DNA of 64,000 nt from Gammaproteobacteria bacterium (lineage in GTDB: Bacteria > Pseudomonadota > Gammaproteobacteria > SZUA-152): contig JAADGF010000068.1 in assembly GCA_013152545.1 (NCBI GenBank), forward strand, positions 27,400-91,399, in the 5' to 3' direction. Below are positions 30,138-40,889 of this stretch, in pieces. The position numbers were made by a program, and so were the translations under genes. Numbering within the stretch: the stretch's first letter is position 1; every line of letters starts with the position of its first letter. Below the pieces are notes generated by a model. It worked only from the letters and a program-made list of their open reading frames with translations, did not search any database and was not told the origin of the DNA.

Positions 30138-31490
30138 TTAAGGTTGCTGAACTTGAGGAGGCTTGGAGGTATTTTTTTGAATGTAGGGCAATGCATTGAG
30201 TTTTGCTTGCAAACCAGACAATTGCTTCTCCAATGCAATGCGTTGCGCCGTTAACGCTTTATTTTTCACGGTTAACGTCTCAACCTGTTTCTTTAACAGG
30301 TCTTCATTTTTCTGCCTAGACTGCTGTTCCTCGATGGTTGCTGCTATTGGTTGTTGCGGGTTTTTTTTCTGGGGTGGTTGCTGCTGCTGAATCAAAGTAG
30401 CTTCATTGATGATATCACTGGAACCTTGAGCGACACCTGATGCTGGCGCTTCATTTTCAGCATTACTCTCCACTGCGATTTGGGCACTGCTCAATTCGGC
30501 TATTTTCAAGGCAAAGTCTTCTTTTTGCTTGATAACTTTTGCAGCTGTTGTCGCTAATAAAATCATTTGAGCATTTTGGGATTTATTGCGTATATCGCCT
30601 AATTTTAACGCCTTAGAAATTTTAGTGAATCCTTTTTCCTTTTTCAGCACATAATTTTCATGCTGATTTTTTTCTATTTGCAATATATCGCCAACGGCTC
30701 GCGTAATATGTAATAAACGAAAAGCAGCAAACTCAAAAGTATCTGCGGCTAATTTAACACCCTCAGTGTGCCGTAAATTTTTTTCGATATAAGCAAGAGC
30801 ATCATCTCGCGCCTGAATTGTTTCACTGTAAGTTTTAGGCGCATTGTCTTTTGCACCATATTGCTCTGCCTCGGCAAATACAGCTTCACCCCGGCTTAAA
30901 TATTTGGATTTAACAATACGAAGGTGAAACTTTCTCAAATCAACCAGCATGTTATTTTTATCTTTTACAAAATCCGCCTTTTTTTCGCTGTCGTCAAACA
31001 AGCTTTCCTTATGTTGCTCAATACGCTCAATTAACATCGTCATATTGGAAACGCGGCCGCGATATTCCATGGGGAACAAACGTTTTGCATTAAGCTCCTC
31101 CAGAATAATGCGCATTTCAATAAGTTCAGGCATCTCTCGTTCAACAATTATTTTAGTCTGAAAACCATTATTAAGCGCATTTTCTACTTTATAAAGACTT
31201 TGCAGTACATCTGTCTTTTTTTCGGGGTCGCGCATATTTACCCGCGCCCGCTTCATTGCAGACCGAGCAGTACGATAATTATTCGGTGAAAAAAGGGGTA
31301 GCACTTCGTCCCGGGCTTTATTGAACAGCTTTTGCGTATCACTAAAAATTTTGTCTATCGGTATGTCTTTATATTTGGCGACAACCACCTTATCAGGTAC
31401 CTTTTGAGGAATGAGTGAGGTTAATGGACTACACCCGGACAAAACCAACATTATCACTACACCCAAGACGGCTGCCCATTTTTTAAACAT
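30138..31490 (-). CDS. Hypothetical helical/coiled-coil lipoprotein
   Basis: MFKK + hydrophobic stretch + lipobox LSGC, helical repeats and a Q/P-rich tail. Start 31490 or 31514. Confidence 0.75.
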   Translation of the reverse strand: MFKKWAAVLGVVIMLVLSGCSPLTSLIPQKVPDKVVVAKYKDIPIDKIFSDTQKLFNKARDEVLPLFSPNNYRTARSAMKRARVNMRDPEKKTDVLQSLYKVENALNNGFQTKIIVEREMPELIEMRIILEELNAKRLFPMEYRGRVSNMTMLIERIEQHKESLFDDSEKKADFVKDKNNMLVDLRKFHLRIVKSKYLSRGEAVFAEAEQYGAKDNAPKTYSETIQARDDALAYIEKNLRHTEGVKLAADTFEFAAFRLLHITRAVGDILQIEKNQHENYVLKKEKGFTKISKALKLGDIRNKSQNAQMILLATTAAKVIKQKEDFALKIAELSSAQIAVESNAENEAPASGVAQGSSDIINEATLIQQQQPPQKKNPQQPIAATIEEQQSRQKNEDLLKKQVETLTVKNKALTAQRIALEKQLSGLQAKLNALPYIQKNTSKPPQVQQP

Positions 31491-31676
31491 TGCTATTCTG
31501 CCCGAAAATACCATAACCGCCTCTAGCCTCTAAGATTCAATCTATCAATGGAATTGTTTACCTAAATTGCCCAAGCATACCAGTACCCTATCAGTATTTC
31601 ACACTAAATTGCAGTGACTAAAACAACAAAAAATCGTTGTAATCGCTCACTGTTATACCATTTCGGACCTATACTT

Positions 31677-31925
31677 AGGGGCTGTTGGCACCGAATACTT
31701 CACTGGCATAGCGCGCCAATCAGGCTGTCCTGGCTGTAGCTAACCACGAAGACCTTCTTCTTCTGTCCGCCTCGTACGCAATGCCGGGCACATAAATCAC
31801 AGGGATGACTTTTTTCTTGATGGGTGTATTCCTCAAGATACACTCACTGGCAGGGGCTGTGAGCGCCAGTATTTGAGAAAAAACTGTATTTTCTTAGTGC
31901 GATGCAGCGCGCCTGACGAGCCCCT
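31677..31925. mobile_element. MITE-like element (AGGGGCT termini)
   Basis: AGGGGCTGTTGG ... CTGACGAGCCCCT termini and an internal hairpin GGGTGTAT...ATACACTC. Confidence 0.35.
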
Positions 31926-31997
31926 TCATTCGTTTAGTGTTTTCAATCCAAGTTATAACGGGTAGAGGCGAGGACTCAAATCCGATACACTCCAGCG

Positions 31998-34631
31998 ATG
32001 CAAAACACCACATCATCACCTATTGAAAATCACACCCCCATGATGCAGCAATACCTGCGTATCAAGGCTGACCATCGCCGGTTGTTGCTTTTTTATCGAA
32101 TGGGGGATTTTTATGAACTCTTTTTCGACGATGCAAAAAAAGTCGCGAAACTGTTGGATATTACCCTGACCGCACGGGGTAAATCCAATGGCAACCCCAT
32201 CCCAATGGCGGGTGTACCCCATCATGCGGCTGAAAATTATTTAGCAAAATTGGTTAAAATGGGTGAATCAGTCGCGATTTGCGAACAAATTGGAGATCCA
32301 GCAAAATCCAAGGGGCCTGTTGAGCGTAAAGTAGTACGCATCGTCACGCCCGGCACAATCACTGATGAAGCATTCCTGGAGGAGCGAACCGACAACCTGA
32401 TTGTCGCCATTCATGCTCAAAATAACCACTACGGCATTGCCGCATTGGATGTTGCGAGTGGTCGTTTTACCGTTTTAAACGTTGATGACGAAGAAAGCCT
32501 GCTGGCTGAAATTGAGCGACTGCATCCTGCTGAGCTACTGGCAAGCGAAGACGCACAACTACCGACCGGAGTGACCACTCGCAATGGCGTGCAATTGCAA
32601 CCGCCATGGTTATTTGACAACCAGAGCGCCGTGCGCTTATTGACCTCACAGTTCAATACTCATGACTTATCTGGATTTGGCTGTGATCACATGGCACTGG
32701 CGCTTTGTGCTGCTGGCTGCATATTGCAATATGTTAAAGATACCCAACGTACCGCACTTCCACATATCCGCGCGCTTATCCCAGAAAATCGTGATGAAAG
32801 CATTATCATTGACGCCGCCAGCCGCAGAAACCTGGAACTGGAAACTAACCTTTCAGGCGGTGCTGACAATACCTTTTGCGCCGTCATCGACCGCACCGCA
32901 ACCCCCATGGCGAGCCGCATGCTACGCCGCTGGGTTAATCGGCCCATTCGTAATCGCACAATACTAAAACAACGCTATCAATGCATCCGCACGTTGGTTG
33001 ACAATCGTCATTTTGAAGAATTAGCAAATGCCTTACGAGGCCTAGGAGATCTGGAACGGATACTGACACGAATTGCGATTCGCTCAGCCAGGCCCCGAGA
33101 TTTTGCTCTACTAAGAGACACACTGGAGCGCATGCCCTTAGTACGCCGGGTTATTGCATCAATTTTAACCTCAGCAACCTCACCGTTGTTACTCGCACTC
33201 GATCAGCAAATTGATGAGTACCCTGATTTGCATCAACTCCTGATGAAGGCCATTATCGACACACCGCCTGCTTTAATACGTGACGGCGGGGTTATTGCTC
33301 CAGGTTATGATGAAGAACTGGATGAGTTGCGCACACTAAAAGAAAATGCCGGGCAGTATCTGGTGGACTTGGAAATACGTGAACGACAGGCTACGGGTAT
33401 CGCAAACCTGCGGGTAAGCTACAATCGGGTGCACGGATATTATATCGAAGTCAGTCGCGGCCAATCCGACAATGTACCTGAACATTATATTCGTCGACAA
33501 ACCCTAAAGGGTGCCGAACGTTACATCACCCCAGAACTAAAATCCTTCGAAGACAAGGTATTAAGCTCATCAGAACGGGCGCTTGCCCGGGAAAAAACGC
33601 TCTACGAGCAACTTTTTGATATCCTGGCCGAACACATTGGCCCGCTACAGGCCACCACGGCGGCGCTGGCCGAAATAGACGTGCTCAACAATTTAGCTGA
33701 ACGTGCAGATACTCTGGATTTTTGTGAACCCTTCCTGAGCGATGAGCCAGGCATCAATATTGAAGCCGGTCGGCATCCTGTCGTGGAACAAGTATTGGAT
33801 GAGCCTTTTATTCCTAACGATGTAATGATGCAAAATGACAGGCGGCTGTTAATCATTACCGGGCCCAACATGGGCGGTAAATCTACCTTTATGCGCCAAA
33901 CGGCATTGATCACTCTGCTGGCCCACGTTGGTAGTTTTGTACCCGCAAAACGTGCTCAACTTGGCCCTATTGATCGCATATTTACCCGTATTGGTGCAGC
34001 GGATGATCTCGCTGGTGGCCGTTCGACGTTTATGGTAGAAATGACTGAAACCGCTAATATTTTGCATAATGCCACGGCGCAGAGCCTGGTACTGATGGAT
34101 GAAATTGGGCGCGGCACCAGCACCTTTGATGGTTTGTCGCTGGCCTGGGCAAGTGCAGAGTACCTGACTCAGAAAGTAGCTGCCTTTACGCTGTTTGCCA
34201 CCCATTATTTCGAGCTAACCACATTACCGGAAACCTTATCCAGTGTTGCAAATGTGCACCTTGACGCCATAGAGCACGGCGATAAAATAGTATTTATGCA
34301 TGCAGTGAAGGAAGGTCCTGCTAACCAAAGTTATGGCTTACAAGTCGCTGCCCTGGCAGGCGTACCAAAACAGGTCATTACACAGGCAAAATCCAAACTG
34401 TATCAGCTGGAAGAAAGCAATGTATCCGCTAATCAATTTAAAGCATTGCAGCCAACACCAAGTGGTGATGAACCCTGTCAGCAATTTTCTCTGTTCGAGA
34501 ATGCGATACCCCATCCTGCGCTAGAAACCCTAAAAGACATGGACATTGACGCGCTGAGTCCACGTCAGGCACTGGATACGCTCTATTTATTAAAAAAATT
34601 AGCGGAGGATGGGGGGAATGCGGCTAATTAG
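31998..34631 (+). CDS. mutS: DNA mismatch repair protein MutS
   Basis: [25 protein letters not shown] and DEIGRGTST. Confidence 0.99.
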   Translation: MQNTTSSPIENHTPMMQQYLRIKADHRRLLLFYRMGDFYELFFDDAKKVAKLLDITLTARGKSNGNPIPMAGVPHHAAENYLAKLVKMGESVAICEQIGDPAKSKGPVERKVVRIVTPGTITDEAFLEERTDNLIVAIHAQNNHYGIAALDVASGRFTVLNVDDEESLLAEIERLHPAELLASEDAQLPTGVTTRNGVQLQPPWLFDNQSAVRLLTSQFNTHDLSGFGCDHMALALCAAGCILQYVKDTQRTALPHIRALIPENRDESIIIDAASRRNLELETNLSGGADNTFCAVIDRTATPMASRMLRRWVNRPIRNRTILKQRYQCIRTLVDNRHFEELANALRGLGDLERILTRIAIRSARPRDFALLRDTLERMPLVRRVIASILTSATSPLLLALDQQIDEYPDLHQLLMKAIIDTPPALIRDGGVIAPGYDEELDELRTLKENAGQYLVDLEIRERQATGIANLRVSYNRVHGYYIEVSRGQSDNVPEHYIRRQTLKGAERYITPELKSFEDKVLSSSERALAREKTLYEQLFDILAEHIGPLQATTAALAEIDVLNNLAERADTLDFCEPFLSDEPGINIEAGRHPVVEQVLDEPFIPNDVMMQNDRRLLIITGPNMGGKSTFMRQTALITLLAHVGSFVPAKRAQLGPIDRIFTRIGAADDLAGGRSTFMVEMTETANILHNATAQSLVLMDEIGRGTSTFDGLSLAWASAEYLTQKVAAFTLFATHYFELTTLPETLSSVANVHLDAIEHGDKIVFMHAVKEGPANQSYGLQVAALAGVPKQVITQAKSKLYQLEESNVSANQFKALQPTPSGDEPCQQFSLFENAIPHPALETLKDMDIDALSPRQALDTLYLLKKLAEDGGNAAN

Positions 34632-34643
34632 CATTCTAAAAGC

Positions 34644-34787
34644 AGGGGCTATTGATGGCGTTGATGGAGACATTCCGCCGTACCCTGACCCTGATGTAAA
34701 TTGCTATCAAGCAGGTTAATCGAAACCGATGATTCGTCGCGTAAAAATTATGAAACCAAACAAGTGGGGCGCCATCAGCTAATACCC
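34644..34787. mobile_element. MITE-like element (AGGGGCT terminus)
   Basis: AGGGGCTATTGATGGCG ... CGCCATCAGCTAATACCC imperfect inverted repeats. Confidence 0.35.
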
Positions 34788-35014
34788 GCAAAACCATTGA
34801 AAAGTAAGTAGAGCATATTTTTACCACCTCTGGGCCATTACGGACCAGTGTAATAGCTCGCCATTACGTCTCATCGCGCCTTGCCAGTCTCGATAATTTA
34901 TCGTAAAAAAACGCATGCTACATATCGTCCAATTGATGATTTTAGGTTAAATCATTTTTTATCAAATTAACCCGACAACAGTAATTAAAAGTAGCGAAAT
35001 TTTTGGAGAATATA

Positions 35015-35338
35015 ATGACATATGTCGTTGTTGAAAACTGCATAAAATGCAAATACACCGATTGTGTGGAAGTCTGTCCGGTCGATTGCTTTCATGAAGG
35101 ACCCAATTATCTGGTCATTGACCCGGAAGAATGCATTGATTGCTCATTATGCGAGCCCGAATGTCCAGCAGAAGCTATTTTTGACGAAGATGATGTGCCA
35201 GAGGATCAAAAACAATTTATCGCGTTAAACGCTGAGTTGGCGGCAATATGGCCTGTTATTAATGAAACCAAAACACCACCGGCAGATGCCAAGGAATGGG
35301 ATGGTGTTAAAAATAAATTGAAGAACCTGAAACGATAA
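35015..35338 (+). CDS. fdxA: 7Fe ferredoxin FdxA
   Basis: [26 protein letters not shown]...[12 protein letters not shown], with mutS-fdxA synteny. Confidence 0.95.
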   Translation: MTYVVVENCIKCKYTDCVEVCPVDCFHEGPNYLVIDPEECIDCSLCEPECPAEAIFDEDDVPEDQKQFIALNAELAAIWPVINETKTPPADAKEWDGVKNKLKNLKR

Positions 35339-35467
35339 CAGCTGCCAGCACGCATTTTTTATGTGTAACAGAAAGCGTTAATGCAGAAAAATGTAGCAAG
35401 GAGTTAAGCGCAAGCCTGAAACCGCATCACTATCAAATGAGCAATCAACAAGAATATAGAGTGACTT

Positions 35468-35592
35468 AAAAATAGGTGAAGGCGACTGCTTCTAGCCGCC
35501 TTCTGTACCTCCATGCCGGACTTTTCCCTGTCCGCGTCTAATCCCTATGACGAGTTTACTTCCTTCTCTGCTTCCCTGATGCCTTCCCTGTT
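35468..35592 (-). ncRNA. Candidate CsrA/RsmA-sequestering sRNA (RsmZ/RsmY/CsrB-like)
   Basis: Six A(N)GGA motifs in about 85 nt, two in hairpin loops (CGGAC-AGGGAAAA-GTCCG and CGTC-ATAGGGATTA-GACG). Terminator GAAGGCG...CGCCTTC plus T-run. Position matches Pseudomonas mutS-fdxA-rsmZ. Confidence 0.75.
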
Positions 35593-35790
35593 AAATTAAG
35601 CTAGCAGAGGTTTCAGGTGTTAATTTATCAAATTCAATTATTTTAGCAACCCCCCGAAAGTACACTAACAAAAACACCCTTATTCCCCAAGAAAATGATC
35701 AATTACTCTTTAATTCAGCAAGTTAAAGTTTATTAATACCATATAGCACACCGCAACACTACATTAACGCCTCATTTAATCTGACATTCA

Positions 35791-35808
35791 TATAGGATTT
35801 AACCTACA
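35791..35808. promoter_or_regulatory. GacA/UvrY-box-like upstream activating sequence
   Basis: TGTAGG-ttaaat-CCTATA on the minus strand versus consensus TGTAAG-N6-CTTACA, about 200 bp upstream of the sRNA. Confidence 0.55.
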
Positions 35809-36390
35809 AAATGACAAAACACAGGCGCATTGTTTTATCCAACCGTAGTAAAATTACTCGATGCAAGCTATGTTGTCTCTGTCGTCTTATAATAATTTAC
35901 AACTGAAACACGCCCCTTATAATCATGAAGTTATATAGCGGCACCTGAGCTTGCTGATAATCCTATAAACTTGCAATGTTAAATCTAAATTCACGCTATA
36001 ATCGCACCGAAGTGGCATCTCGTCCTGTTGTTATCCTCACTGTATCGATCAGTTATTCGGAATTAAAAAGCAACCTTAATCATATATACTGCATTGACAT
36101 TGGGCATAAAGACAATGCCAGGCACTCAATAATCATGAATATAATTCAAGAATAATATTATAAGCTTCAGCAAGCCCTATCTGCAAAAGCCCTAAGAGTA
36201 AAACTGTGTTTCATAAATAAAATCTATTATGGTCATAACTAATCTACGATTGAATATCCCTAACAAGCGTAGAATACTATGGCAATAGCGGGGCAGAAAA
36301 TTTAACGTAGCTCGTAACCAGGCTACTGAGCGAGCACACTTATTTTCAGCATATTTGGGCACATACACAAAATATACACAAACAAGAAAC

Positions 36391-36420
36391 TATACCCAAA
36401 GCATTTGAGATTTCGGTATA
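36391..36420. repeat. Minimal family A element/terminus
   Basis: TATACCCAAAGCATTTGAGATTTCGGTATA. Confidence 0.6.
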
Positions 36421-36779
36421 GACTACGTTGCCATCATAAATAAACTTATACACTATAACGATGACCTGACACAATGAAGACCAAAACTTAACGCAACCAC
36501 TAACTTGCTTTAATGGTTGCCAGTATAAAACAACAACGCTTAGAACCTGTAAAGCAATAAGTTGGACAGATTGCGCCGGATGTCGTTTCGTCTTCAAGGC
36601 GCGGAAATGGGCTCCCCAAGGGGACTTCTTCCAGGGCGCATACTCGTTGTATACAAGCTTTTGCACAACGCCGAAGACACAAGGATAGACAAGCTAAATG
36701 TTCACGTTATTACTTTACAGCCCCATTAGTTACGCTATTAATAGACAACCGAAAAATTGAGTTACCGTAAAAATGCACC

Positions 36780-38558
36780 ATGAAAATTAGCCTATTCAGA
36801 ATCATCACTTTCACCAGATTGTCAGGCTACGCCTGCATTACGGCTATACTACTGGCTCCCGGCATAGCACGCTCAGTAGACGATCTCCCCACATCAATCG
36901 ACTATACAATGTATAAGCTTGCCACAGAAATGAATGATTCTGCGGCACAATACTTTATTGGCCGGAAATATTATATCGGCACCGAAATAAAGAAAGACAA
37001 AGCTGAAGCTGCTAAATGGTTTGCCAGAGCCGTTAAAAAGAACCACACAAAGGCATTATATATGTTAGGTAAAATGTATATGAACGGCGACGGCATTCCT
37101 AAAAATGTCGGCAAAGCAGGTGAACTGCTTACCAAAGCGGCCGACAAAGGCCATGCAGACGCTCAATTTGAAATTGCAAATTATTATTTTTATGGCTATG
37201 GCAATAACAAAGATGTCAAACTCGCCGTAACGTATTATAAAAAAGCCGCAGAGGATCGACATATCGGCGCACAATTTCAACTGGGTAAAATACTGTACGC
37301 TGGTATTGGCGTTGATATTGACAAACAAGAAGGTAAAAAATGGTTAGAAACCGCCAGCGACAACGGAAGTAGCGAGGCCCTGGCCTTCCTAAACACGGAC
37401 TCGCTGCTTACTAAACCGGCCAAGACTAAAACGCCAAAACGCCAAAACAAAGAAAAAAACAATAAAAAATCAAAACCTAAAAACACCAACGCTATCATTT
37501 CTAAAATAAACCAAGAAATCAAACAAGCTGAAAACGGCAATGTGGACACACAATACACCATTGGTATTCGTTATCTTAATGGTGAAGACGTTAACAAAAA
37601 CCCCAGCACGGCTGTTATGTGGATACGAAAAGCCGCAGAACAAGATCATGCTGGTGCTCAACACCAGTTAGGCATTATGTATCGGGATGGCATTGGCGTC
37701 CCCAAAAGCGAAGGAGAGGCCGTAAAGTGGCTACGATTAGCATCCAGTTGGGGGATCAGTAAAGCTCAACGTGATTTGGATGCCCTATTACGTAAACAAC
37801 TACTAACAAGCGAAGGCGATTTTTCAGCTAACCCTGAACTATCAAAACCCGAAGCTCAATATGCGCTTGGGTTAATGTACATTGATGGTAAAGATGTCGA
37901 CAAAGATGTAAACACAGCAGCCCAATGGTTTTTAAAAGCCGCCCGACAAGACCACCTCGAAGCACAATACCGCCTAGGCGAAATGTACAAAAATGGAGTG
38001 GGCGTCAAGAGCAACTCACAAGAGGCCAAACTTTGGTTAAGCAAAGCAGCAAATGGCGGCCTGGACAAAGCTAGCGATGTTTTGCAGAGCATCCTTAAAG
38101 CAGAGCAAAAACGCATATTGGATAGCGAGGTCAAAAAGCTGCAATCATCGTCTATATACCCTCTTTTGGATCAAGCGAAACAAGGCGATATTGATGCAAA
38201 ATATAAAGTTGGCTTAATGTTTTTAGAAGGTGATAACGTACCAAAAGATATATACGAAGGCATTCGCTGGTTACAAAGTGCCGCCAACAACAATCACATG
38301 CGGTCACAAATGACATTGGGAAATATTTATTTTAGTGGCGCATACAACGTTGAAATAGACTATTTAGTTGCTGCCAAATGGTTTCGCCAAGCCGCAAAAA
38401 ACGGGGATGCTGAAGCACAGTACCAACTTGGCAACTTGCACGACAAAGGTCTGGGCGTTAAGAAAAATAAGGCTAAAGCCAAAATATGGTTTAAACTCGC
38501 GGCAAAACAAGGACACATTCGAGCGCGTACTCAATTAGGTAGCTGCCGCGAATGCTAA
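36780..38558 (+). CDS. Exported Sel1-repeat protein (about 11 repeats)
   Basis: Repeated AQYxLGxMYxxGxGVxKDxxxAxxWxxKAA units, an N-terminal signal-like segment and a Lys-rich linker. Confidence 0.92.
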   Translation: MKISLFRIITFTRLSGYACITAILLAPGIARSVDDLPTSIDYTMYKLATEMNDSAAQYFIGRKYYIGTEIKKDKAEAAKWFARAVKKNHTKALYMLGKMYMNGDGIPKNVGKAGELLTKAADKGHADAQFEIANYYFYGYGNNKDVKLAVTYYKKAAEDRHIGAQFQLGKILYAGIGVDIDKQEGKKWLETASDNGSSEALAFLNTDSLLTKPAKTKTPKRQNKEKNNKKSKPKNTNAIISKINQEIKQAENGNVDTQYTIGIRYLNGEDVNKNPSTAVMWIRKAAEQDHAGAQHQLGIMYRDGIGVPKSEGEAVKWLRLASSWGISKAQRDLDALLRKQLLTSEGDFSANPELSKPEAQYALGLMYIDGKDVDKDVNTAAQWFLKAARQDHLEAQYRLGEMYKNGVGVKSNSQEAKLWLSKAANGGLDKASDVLQSILKAEQKRILDSEVKKLQSSSIYPLLDQAKQGDIDAKYKVGLMFLEGDNVPKDIYEGIRWLQSAANNNHMRSQMTLGNIYFSGAYNVEIDYLVAAKWFRQAAKNGDAEAQYQLGNLHDKGLGVKKNKAKAKIWFKLAAKQGHIRARTQLGSCREC

Positions 38559-38569
38559 CCCAACCAACA

Positions 38570-38716
38570 TATATCCATATTCCATCGCGTTGTTAAAACG
38601 CCTTGCAATAGATCGACTATTACGCGTCGTTTTGCCTAGCCATGAAATTGAAATGACACACATTCGCACCTAAATCCTAAATCTCAAACGCTATGGGTAT
38701 ACCCGTGGCGACTTAG
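38570..38716 (-). mobile_element. ERIC-like MITE family A plus the start of a second copy sharing TATA
   Basis: ...CTAAATCTCAAACGCTATGGGTATA (ends 38701) overlaps TATACCCGTGGCGACTTA. The interior matches 6580-6787. Confidence 0.8.
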
Positions 38717-38755
38717 AAAACAACCGCAAAAAAGAGACATTAGCATGGTACCCAT

Positions 38756-39022
38756 TCACTTGGCATCATTCATCAATTCATCTAACTCCCCACCCATATG
38801 CAGCTCAGTAAGCTCGCTAAAACCACCGATCCATTTACCATCGATGGTAATTTGAGGCACTGTCCTTGCCCCGCTGGTAATTTCCGACATCTCACGAAGA
38901 GCATCTTTGCTTTGATCAATTCGATAGTCCTGATAGGCAATATCCCACTTTTGCAGTAATGCCTTTGTTTTATCACAAATAGGGCAGTTACCCGTACTAT
39001 AAATGTTAATTCGACTCATCAT
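38756..39022 (-). CDS. grxC: Glutaredoxin 3-like
   Basis: CPIC active site, RTVPQI and WIGGF. Confidence 0.85.
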   Translation of the reverse strand: MMSRINIYSTGNCPICDKTKALLQKWDIAYQDYRIDQSKDALREMSEITSGARTVPQITIDGKWIGGFSELTELHMGGELDELMNDAK

Positions 39023-39260
39023 TTATTTTTTGTCATTGGCTTTATAATCGCGTTAAAGCAACAGAAATACATCAGTCGCATAACATCCAAGTAAAACGAA
39101 GCTTAGCCAAAAAACGCGCAGTTACCAATAAAGATTTTCAATCAACCCTTAACAAATTGATATACTTACTTTTACTATTTTATCAAACATTATTTCCATC
39201 AATACTTTACCCAAAAACTAACACTTGAGCAAACATTAACTTTTACTGATAATTGGTTTA

Positions 39261-40010
39261 TTAAGAATTTTTTCCACTAAGAATTTTTATCAATCGATCC
39301 GCTGGCACGTAACCAGGAATAATTTGGCCATTTTCCATAAATAATGTTGGTGTGCCGGTCACACCAACATCTCTAGCCGTATTGGAATGTTTTTGCACCG
39401 ATTTTTCACAAGCCTTGCTATCGTTAACTTGCGCCACTTTTTGCAGTTGTTCCAATTTTGCACCACCCTTAGCAAAATCCATGGCCTTACCACGATCTTC
39501 AGCACACCAAACTGAAACAGCTTTAAAATAAGAAGTGGTTTGAGGCCCTGAACGTGGGAATGCTGCGTAACGTATCTCAATACCGAGGTCATTATAATCA
39601 CTGATTTCCGCATGAAGTTTTCGACAATAACCGCAATCGATATCAGTAAATGCGGTCACTACGTATTTGGTTTCTTTTGGTTTAAACGTGATAAGTGACT
39701 CTGGGTCAAGACTTTTAATCGTCCGTATACGACCGTCTTGACGTTTACCTTCAGTGAGGTTCACACGACGATTAATATCGTACACATCACCTTCAATCAT
39801 AAATCGACCATCACCGGTAACATAAACCACTTGAGCGCCAAAGACGGCTTCATAAATACCAGGGATAACGGACTCAGCAACACTATCCGGCTTAGCTCCC
39901 GGCATTAATGACTGCAAAGCCGACTGAACTTTGGCAAGCCCCACTTCATCGGCATAGGTAAGCTGAAGACTAAAACACAGCAGCATCACGATCATTACGC
40001 ATTTTTTCAT
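39261..40010 (-). CDS. dsbC: Disulfide isomerase DsbC
   Basis: Signal peptide, FTDIDCGYCRKLH, and GVTGTPT...PGYVP. Confidence 0.95.
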   Translation of the reverse strand: MKKCVMIVMLLCFSLQLTYADEVGLAKVQSALQSLMPGAKPDSVAESVIPGIYEAVFGAQVVYVTGDGRFMIEGDVYDINRRVNLTEGKRQDGRIRTIKSLDPESLITFKPKETKYVVTAFTDIDCGYCRKLHAEISDYNDLGIEIRYAAFPRSGPQTTSYFKAVSVWCAEDRGKAMDFAKGGAKLEQLQKVAQVNDSKACEKSVQKHSNTARDVGVTGTPTLFMENGQIIPGYVPADRLIKILSGKNS

Positions 40011-40037
40011 TTAAAACCTCACTATAATTTGGCCTGT

Positions 40038-40520
40038 TTAATCCCTGAAATTCGTATACTGCAATGGTAACCCTAATTTAGCCTCTTTCAATACGGTGAT
40101 CACCTGTTGGAGATCATCTCGCTTTTTACCTGTTATCCTTACCTGTTCACCCTGTATTGCAGCTTGCACTTTAACCTTGCTATCTTTTACTATTTTAACG
40201 ATTTTTCTTGCTAATTCTTTATCAATTCCGTGCTGCACCACTACTTGCTGACTCACATGTTTGCCACTTGTTACGGGCGGTTTCACATCCAGGCAACCGA
40301 TATCAATGCTTCGTTTGACCATTTTATTCTGCAAAATATCCAACATTTGCTGTAATTGAAATTCACTTTCACTCATTGAACTGACTTCTAATTCCTTTAA
40401 TTCAAACCTTGAATCGGTACCTTTGAAATCAAAACGATTCCCCACTTCTCGATTGGCTTGATCCACAGCATTCGCCAACTCATGGATATCCACCTCTGAA
40501 ACCACATCAAAAGAAGGCAT
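40038..40520 (-). CDS. yajQ: YajQ-family nucleotide/c-di-GMP-binding protein
   Basis: MPSFDVVSEVD...RFDFKG...GKKRDDLQ...NFRD. Confidence 0.95.
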   Translation of the reverse strand: MPSFDVVSEVDIHELANAVDQANREVGNRFDFKGTDSRFELKELEVSSMSESEFQLQQMLDILQNKMVKRSIDIGCLDVKPPVTSGKHVSQQVVVQHGIDKELARKIVKIVKDSKVKVQAAIQGEQVRITGKKRDDLQQVITVLKEAKLGLPLQYTNFRD

Positions 40521-40557
40521 TGCACTATTTCTCCCTAAATTGATTCTAAAGCCACGA

Positions 40558-40744
40558 GGAACCTGTCCGAGAATAAAAAGCCTACTGCGAAAACGCCATT
40601 TTGGCCCATTTTTATGATCACTACGTTAAATAGGCTCAATATTCGTCTCGAATGCCAAAAAAAGTAGGTGCCCGATACAATCGAAAAAATGGACTCAAAA
40701 TGTGGCCTTCTCTCGCGACGGCTGCTATTACTCGGACAGGCTCC
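40558..40744 (+). mobile_element. MITE family B, full-length (187 bp)
   Basis: TIRs GGAACCTGTCCGAGAATA / TATTACTCGGACAGGCTCC. Confidence 0.85.
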
Positions 40745-40889
40745 CTCGCTCACTGACGATTAACGACCACCGATCATGATCAACGCCCCAGAGTTTATCA
40801 TGATTACAGCTCAATCATATCGACATTAACGATACAAGCATTACCATGCCCAACTATTTGACGGGATTAATTCCACACATTTACCCACG

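Noticed and set aside
36346-36682. ORFs of 106 and 60 aa upstream of the Sel1 gene
   Set aside because: They run through repeat-derived DNA and have no RBS or protein motif.
8844-39162. Several perfect IHF consensus matches (8844, 13482, 15731, 39150)
   Set aside because: A few matches are expected by chance in AT-rich DNA of this length, so they are not significant on their own.
40535-40753. 72 aa ORF, and similar short ORFs at 6724-6978, 42553-42750 and 46556-46829
   Set aside because: These are open frames across MITE or intron remnants, or overlap real genes out of frame.
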